This document shows positions 22,346 to 28,407 of a DNA stretch of 28,407 nt, piece by piece (positions within the stretch are counted from its first letter, which is position 1; every line of letters starts with the position of its first letter). The translations under genes were made by a program, and so were the position numbers. Below the pieces are notes generated by a model. That model was not told where the DNA came from. It was given only the letters and a program-made list of their open reading frames with translations, and ran no database searches. Origin of the DNA: an uncultured Nitrososphaeraceae archaeon. GTDB taxonomy: Archaea > Thermoproteota > Nitrososphaeria > Nitrososphaerales > Nitrososphaeraceae. The stretch covers positions 1 through 28,407 of the forward strand of contig CAWIMJ010000027.1 of NCBI GenBank assembly GCA_963837175.1, in the 5' to 3' direction.

Positions 22346-23333
22346 TTGCTTGACGACCTAGCCATAAATAGAATAGATAAAAAAAAACCTCGAAAAGAAG
22401 GTTTAACCTTTATAGTAGATAAGATGCAAGGGCTAGATAGAGAAAATCTCGAAATATTAGCACCGTTGATAGACGTGGTAAAGATTTATGGTGCGTATCC
22501 ATTATTAATGTCTGAATCTCAGCTAGAGAGGAGAATAAAATTTTATCATGATTTTAATATTTTGGTATCGACTGGAAGTACTATTACAGAATACGCTATT
22601 ACGGAAAGCACTCTTGAGAAATTTGTTAGAGAAGCTGCTAAAGTTGGATTTGATATAATAGAAATTGGCGAAAATAATATTGATCTAAATATAGAACAAA
22701 AGAAAAAGATTACTGATACTATATTATCTATAAATCTTGATTCTCATTGGAAAATAGGCAAAAAGGATCCTCGTCATCAGATTGGAATAGATAAAACACT
22801 GTCAAAAGTTGAAGAAGCACTAACCATAGGGTACTGACAAGGTAATACTTGAAGCTAATGAAGGAATCAATGTCGGTATTTATGATGAAAAAGGATTAAT
22901 AAAATGGAATTTTGTAGCAGCGCTTACTTCAAAATATCCACCAAATAGATTTATTTTTGAAGCACCTCTGGAGACTCAGCAATCTGCTTTAATAGCAGAA
23001 TTTGGTCAGCGGGTGAATTTAGCTGAGGTTCGTCATGATATTGTTGCATCTGTGGAATCCCAGCGAAGAGGATTTTTATCTAAAGCTTCCTTTGGTGTAT
23101 CGATCCTTCACAAGGAACCAGAAGGTGGACCTGCTTCAAAATTCATTTATTATATAATAAAGACAAAACATCCTATAGAACAAGCAGAGTTGATGCGGCT
23201 AACTCGTCTGCCTAGACGAACTGTTCAAAGTGCTGTAGACGAACTTAAAGAACAAGGATTGATAGCAGAAAAAAGCAGTCTCGAAGATGCTAGGAGGAGA
23301 ATTTATTATCCTATTCAATCAGACTGGATTTAA
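22346..23333 (+). CDS. comA: Phosphosulfolactate synthase (ComA)-like TIM barrel fused to a C-terminal winged HTH; frameshift at 22828-22830
   Basis: KPRKEGLT..DK, IDVVK, GFDIIEI, GKK, VILEA, FIFEAP, FGQRVNLA and ESQRRG motifs. The C-terminus ASKFIYYII...EQAELMRLTRLPRRTVQSAVDELKEQGLI...EDARRRIY is MarR-like. Removing one G joins ORFs 22346..22837 and 23013..23333. Confidence 0.88.
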
Positions 23334-23435
23334 TTGCATAAATATATGACACCACAATAGATACGTGTAATGCCATGAAGTATAGGTATTAGGTTTTAGA
23401 GTACTAGCTTATTAGAGACATACTCATAAAATAAT

Positions 23436-23702
23436 ATGATGTCAGATTCAGGATGTAAACATCTTAAATTAATTCAAGAACACGTAAAGCCTAGTGCAGA
23501 TGGTTGTGAGGATTGTCTTAAAATTGGTGATTCTTGGGTTCATTTGCGTCTTTGTCTTATTTGTGGCCATGTAGGATGTTGTGACTCGTCAAAGAATAAA
23601 CATGCGACTAAACATTTCCATTCAACAAAACACCCGATTGTCCAATCTTTTGAACCTAATGAAAATTGGAGATGGTGTTTTGTGGATCAGACATTTCTTT
23701 AA
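23436..23702 (+). CDS. UBP-type zinc finger (zf-UBP) protein
   Basis: CKHL...GCEDCL..GDSWVHLRLCLICGHVGCCDSSKNKHATKHF..TKHP..QSFEPNENWRWCFVD. Confidence 0.92.
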   Translation: MMSDSGCKHLKLIQEHVKPSADGCEDCLKIGDSWVHLRLCLICGHVGCCDSSKNKHATKHFHSTKHPIVQSFEPNENWRWCFVDQTFL

Positions 23703-25058
23703 CACACACTGAACGTTGTAGATGTCCTGAATAAATATCCAGAATTCAAGATTTGGAATTTAGGTCTTGGCGTCATAGCTTTTGCTACTTTTTTAACTAC
23801 TTGTTAATTCATTCATGCATAGCACAAAAAGTTCCCAAACGTGGACTACCATAACTTTTCTTTGTATTTATTATCATGCAAGATAAAATCATACTCACCG
23901 TCACTATTAGCCGGTCTCCTACCGAGAAAATCATTATCATCACCACATGCAAGAGCCGACCATCTGGTGTAGGAATGGAGGAAACAAATGCAGACCCTAT
24001 CCATAGATATACAAACAAAGATTCTCAATAAGTTGGATGAAAGAATACATTGACTTACCCAGACTATGGTTGAGCGACCAGAACTAATTAATTAAAGTAA
24101 TAAGCAATATTCCAGCAAACTATTCTTCACCAGATATATCATTTTCTTATCATATCCTATACACATTTGCACATGTTTTCCATATGCGTCAAAGAGGGGT
24201 TGTAGGTATTAATGAATTGAATGGATGGTTACGGCGGATTAAAAGCCGTCTTTAAATAAGGCATGATAGCGAAATTTGGAAAACTATAGATGCAGAGAAA
24301 TGATTTGATACTGCCTTTGAGGAATTCATTAATAGGGAATTAGCACCTGTGGCTACTAAAAAATACTCAAACCCATAGTGACAGATACTATTTTACAAGA
24401 TTTTATTAATCGTATTCATTGATATTTATTCAGCTGAAGTTGAACCTACTTCTTGATTGTTCGATAAAGTTTTTTTAAATTCTTGATAAGACTTGGAATC
24501 TCTTTCATCTACTTATGCAATTTTCAGGAATGTGTCTTCGTAATATCTGACTATAGTAGGTTAGATGTGTTCTATCATCTTCGTATCACTAATCACTTTT
24601 TCATTGACTATAAATGAAAGCCAGTTCACACTATTAAATGTGCGAGAATACCATTGACTCCTAGCATAGTCATATTGAGATCCTAAAGGTAATTTAGCGA
24701 GCTCGCGATCCAAATCTCTAGATCATTGAAAATATTATTTGACAATGTAATCTGATCTAGTCTTTTCGTACGCCGAAATGTTACGATAGTATAAAATAAT
24801 GCTATTGCGTATATTCCAGCGGTAATAATCTGAAAGTATTCAGAAGGTATTACCATGTGTGGATTTAGAGAATAGCATGATTTTAGATTTAGGTTTTTTA
24901 ATTGACTACGTCTTTATCTGTAGCGGAAGTTCAGTATCATATGAATCAAACAGTCTCCAGAAATACCTTTACTAGGATCGTCGGATCGGTGCGCACATTT
25001 AGATTGGGTTGAGTTATTCTTGGATGATTTCAAAGATAGTGTTTTCTTACTACTGCTA

Positions 25059-26137
25059 TTATCTTTCGCTAAAGAACGCTGCGAGCTGCTCAATGACAAA
25101 ATCTGGCTGCTCTTCTGGAATCCAATGTCCTGAAAGAGGAACCGTGACTCCCTTTACATTTGTAGCTAATGATTGTAACGAGCTTAACGCAAAGTTTCCA
25201 GGAAGATCACCACCTAATGCTGGATAAATATCACCACCTAATGCTAATACAGGCATTGTTATCTTAGCCTTAGCTGATTCTTTATTTTGCTCTGCATCTA
25301 TTGGGAAAGCTCTAAAATGTTCAAATGCTGCACGCATTCCACCAGGAGCTGAAACATGACTTGCAAATACATCTATATCTTCTTCTGTAATTGCAGATGG
25401 ATTATAAGCCAATCCTTTGAAGAACCATGATATATATTCCCGCTCCTTACCTTCTACAAGAAATTCTGGTAAGTTAGGCACTTGATGAAAAGCAAACCAC
25501 CAAGGTCCATTCTCACCAAATTCTGGAGGTAAAAATCCTGGGAATGGAAAATCCATGATCACTAATTTATTTACATTGTCAGGATGAGCTGCGAGCATAT
25601 GAATAAGCTGTCTGTGAGCCTACGTCATGTGCTACCAACAAAATTTGATTAAAACCTAATTGAGATGTCAATTGATAGATATCTTCTGCAGTAGTCTTAC
25701 CGTCGTAACCTGTAACTGGCTTTGAAGAATCACCAAATCCTCGAAGATCAGGTACGATTACAGTGTAATTCTTGGCCAATTCTGGCATAATAAGTCTCCA
25801 TTCATACCATGATTGTGGAAATCCATGTAATAGTACTAAAGGATCTCCTTGACCGCCTATTACATAATGCAATTGAATTCCATTAACAGAAGCCATATGA
25901 TGGGAAAAAGTCATGTTATCGATGTCAAAAGATGCACCTAGCAAATTAGGCTGCTGTTGTTTTAGAACAAAAGATGTTTGGTTAACTTGTGATTGTTGCT
26001 GCTGTTGTTGTGCCATTGTAATCTGAGACTGATTTGAACCAATTTCAATTAGAGATATGCTAGATGCAATAACAATGAAAACGACGATTACTGTAGAGCG
26101 TGATGAATGTACCTATGGAGTTTGTCCTACTACTCAT
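25059..26137 (-). CDS. Alpha/beta hydrolase (epoxide hydrolase / haloacetate dehalogenase-like), probably secreted; frameshifts at about 26113 and about 25593
   Basis: HGFP oxyanion motif, PDLRGFGDS, nucleophile elbow AHDVG, WWFAFH and catalytic GHWIPEEQP. A hydrophobic signal-like segment lies upstream of 26016 with ATG at 26137. Confidence 0.88.
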
Positions 26138-26462
26138 CGAAGATTGCTTAATGATATTATATTTAAGTATATCACAACTTGGAGGGTTGTTGGTTAATTC
26201 AGTTTAACACTATCCCTGCTATCTGATTGATCTGCATTTTGTTTCCTCCTGGATAGGTTCTGATTTGGGATTTCAGTAAACTGAAAGTCCATAAATTTCA
26301 TCTATTTTCTATACGATCAGCAATATTATCAAGTTAAAATCTTGACTTCAAAACAACCACTGATAGTTTACACTAAATGACCAAATGGGTTCTTTACAAT
26401 GCTGATAACCTTATTCTGGGTATTTGTAGCCTGACAATAAATACATAAGTATGAGGCTATAT

Positions 26463-26497
26463 ATGAGAATATTGCGTATAATATTTCTAATCTGCAT
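26463..26497. promoter_or_regulatory. Tandem dyad boxes upstream of ssuA copy 2
   Basis: ATGAGAATATTGCGT (26463) and ATTTCTAATCTGCAT (26483); TAATAT at 26510 and ATG at 26541. Confidence 0.6.
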
Positions 26498-26540
26498 ATT
26501 TGTAAGCGGTAATATGTATGGCCTACTTTTTTTATGATAG

Positions 26541-27624
26541 ATGAATGCAAAAGGAAAGTTAGTAATAGCATTTGGAATAATTGTTGCAGTTATATTATCA
26601 TCTATATTTTATTCTGATTCATCCTCGCTATTTGTAGAAAGTGTTAATGAAAGTACCTCAAAATAGCAACTCTTCACAAATTCTTAGAATTGGCTATTTT
26701 CCAAATATCAATCACGCACAGGCAGTAATAGGTTTGGGGAATGGTACATTTCAGAAAGATTTAGGCGACAATGTTGAGGTCAAGACATTTGTTTTCAACG
26801 CAGGTCCATCAGCAATGGAGGCATTATTCGCAAAGCAAGTTGACGTAACATATGTTGGTCCCAATCCTGCAATCAATGCATATGTTGTTTCACAAGGAAA
26901 AGATCTTAGAATAATTTCTGGTGCATCAAGTGGAGGAGCAGTTTTCGTAGTTAGAAATGATTCAGGAATACAATCAACCAAAGATTTTGCAAATAAAAAA
27001 TTTGCTTCTCCACAGCTTGGTAATACTCAGGATGTAGCTCTTAGAAAATACTTACTAAATAATGGATACAAAACAAAAGAGAATGGAGGAAATGTAGAAG
27101 TAGTACCTGCAAAACCTGCTGATATACTGACTCTGATGTTAAAGAAAGAGATTGATGGTGCATGGGTACCAGAGCCTTGGGGTGCACGGTTAATAAAAGA
27201 AGCAAATGCGAGACTATTTTTAGATGAAAGAGATCTTTGGCCACCAAACGGACAGTTTGTAACATCAAACATAGTTGCTAGGACAGATTATCTTCAAAAC
27301 AATCCAGATGTGATAAAGAAATTGTTGGCAGCACATGTAGATGAAACAGAATGGATCAACAGCCATAAAGAAGAAGCAATAAAAGCATTCAATACTCAAC
27401 TTGCAAAGATTACAGGCAAGACTATACCAGAGGATGAACTACATTCAGCATTATCAAGAATGGAGCTAACATCTAATCCTATAAAAGAATCACTCTTTCA
27501 GTCAGCTAACAGCGCATTTGATATTGGATTTTTAGGAAAAACACGACCTGATTTATCAGGAATATATGACTTGAAACTGTTGAATGACATACTAGCAGAA
27601 AAAGGAAAAGAGACAATTAAATAA
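26541..27624 (+). CDS. ssuA: Aliphatic sulfonate/nitrate-type ABC transporter substrate-binding protein, copy 2; frameshift at about 26660-26663
   Basis: Same motifs as copy 1. The N-terminal anchor MNAKGKLVIAFGIIVAVILSSIF joins the body if one A is removed. Confidence 0.88.
26689..27393 (+). repeat. 705-bp inverted repeat, right arm
   Basis: Reverse complement of 21336-22040. Confidence 0.92.
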
Positions 27625-27678
27625 AAATACATAGCATACATGCGTTTTTGATATATATCCAGAAGAATGGTTTGCCCT

Positions 27679-28053
27679 TTATCTGTTTATCATGATATTT
27701 ACCATTTTCAATAGATCTTCATTTCCTATAGGTTTTTGAATAAAGCAATTTTCACCTACTAAATCATATATTTCTTTTCTAAATGGTTCATAGTACTTTT
27801 CGCTAGCAGTGATAAAACATAACTTAACCTTTTTATCTATCTTTCTCATTTCTTGATAAAATTCAAGACCATCCATTTCTGGCATTTTAATATCTACAAG
27901 TATTAAGTCGTACAAATCAGGTTTAAAATTTTCTAATGCCAATAGAGGATCAGTAAATGAATGCACTATATACTCACTATTTTGTTCCAATATGATCTTA
28001 AACAATGAGCTAATATCTGGCTCATCATCAACAATTAAGATCCTTTTCTTCAT
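27679..28053 (-). CDS. Stand-alone response regulator receiver (CheY-like) protein
   Basis: ILIVDDE, DLILVDIKMPEMDG, ITA and FIQKP motifs; no output domain. Confidence 0.93.
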   Translation of the reverse strand: MKKRILIVDDEPDISSLFKIILEQNSEYIVHSFTDPLLALENFKPDLYDLILVDIKMPEMDGLEFYQEMRKIDKKVKLCFITASEKYYEPFRKEIYDLVGENCFIQKPIGNEDLLKMVNIMINR

Positions 28054-28407
28054 TGTATATACAAAATTGATCTATTCAAGCTGGTATTTTAGTACTCTTA
28101 AAGACTCATTATGATTTTTAAAAAGATATAGTAATAAATAAGAATTATATATGATTATTCTACTTGCTAACTATGAATTTGATATTTACGATAATATTGA
28201 CAAAGTTTTACAAATTTCCTTTTATCTTGTTAAAGGTGGAGGTATATTATTATAGCTCATGAAATACATCATATTATTCTTAATTATTTTCATAGCTTGA
28301 TGCAGACAAACCTTGTGTTTATTCTTAGATATCTGATTGAATGTTATAACTCTGAGTCTTTTTTTCACTAAATTATAAACTGTTTTTTTAAATAAAATAT
28401 TTTGTTT

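Noticed and set aside
7055-22837. Stop-codon recoding (Sec/Trp/Arg at TGA) as an explanation for split genes
   Set aside because: Only one split is an in-frame TGA; the rest need frameshifts, and TGA ends several intact genes.
22346-23333. Coenzyme M biosynthesis or methanogen origin
   Set aside because: No other com genes are present, the motifs are altered and the protein carries an HTH fusion.
23809-24900. Short ORFs and protein-like fragments between the zf-UBP gene and the hydrolase
   Set aside because: Probably decayed DNA; no family, terminal inverted repeats or transposase motif could be recognised.

Overview
AT-rich accessory region that looks archaeal, most likely a soil Nitrososphaeraceae-type ammonia-oxidising archaeon. 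This is inferred from the gene families, TATA-type promoters and near-leaderless starts. The left third holds membrane proteins, a Rieske-domain protein and an operon of an SRPBCC/TIGR01777 oxidoreductase plus a Fpg/Nei glycosylase that has Ser in place of the catalytic Pro. The middle holds a nested TCCRTA repeat array, a secreted phosphoesterase and two modules of [Cys/Met-rich four-helix copper-binding protein + Zn-ribbon protein]. The right third holds two outward-pointing orphan SsuA-like binding proteins sharing 705 identical bp. They bracket a ComA-like TIM barrel fused to a winged HTH, a UBP zinc finger and an alpha/beta hydrolase, and are followed by a stand-alone receiver. The most notable unannotated signal is a shared promoter architecture: pairs of 15-bp dyads (ATGC-N7-GCAT) at a 20-bp period. 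The proximal box typically ends about 13 bp before a TATA box and 44-46 bp before the start codon, in front of about ten genes, suggesting a local regulon linking sulfonate uptake and Cys-rich metal storage. Many otherwise intact genes carry single-base frameshifts, probably sequencing errors. All family assignments are from motif recognition by eye; no searches were run.
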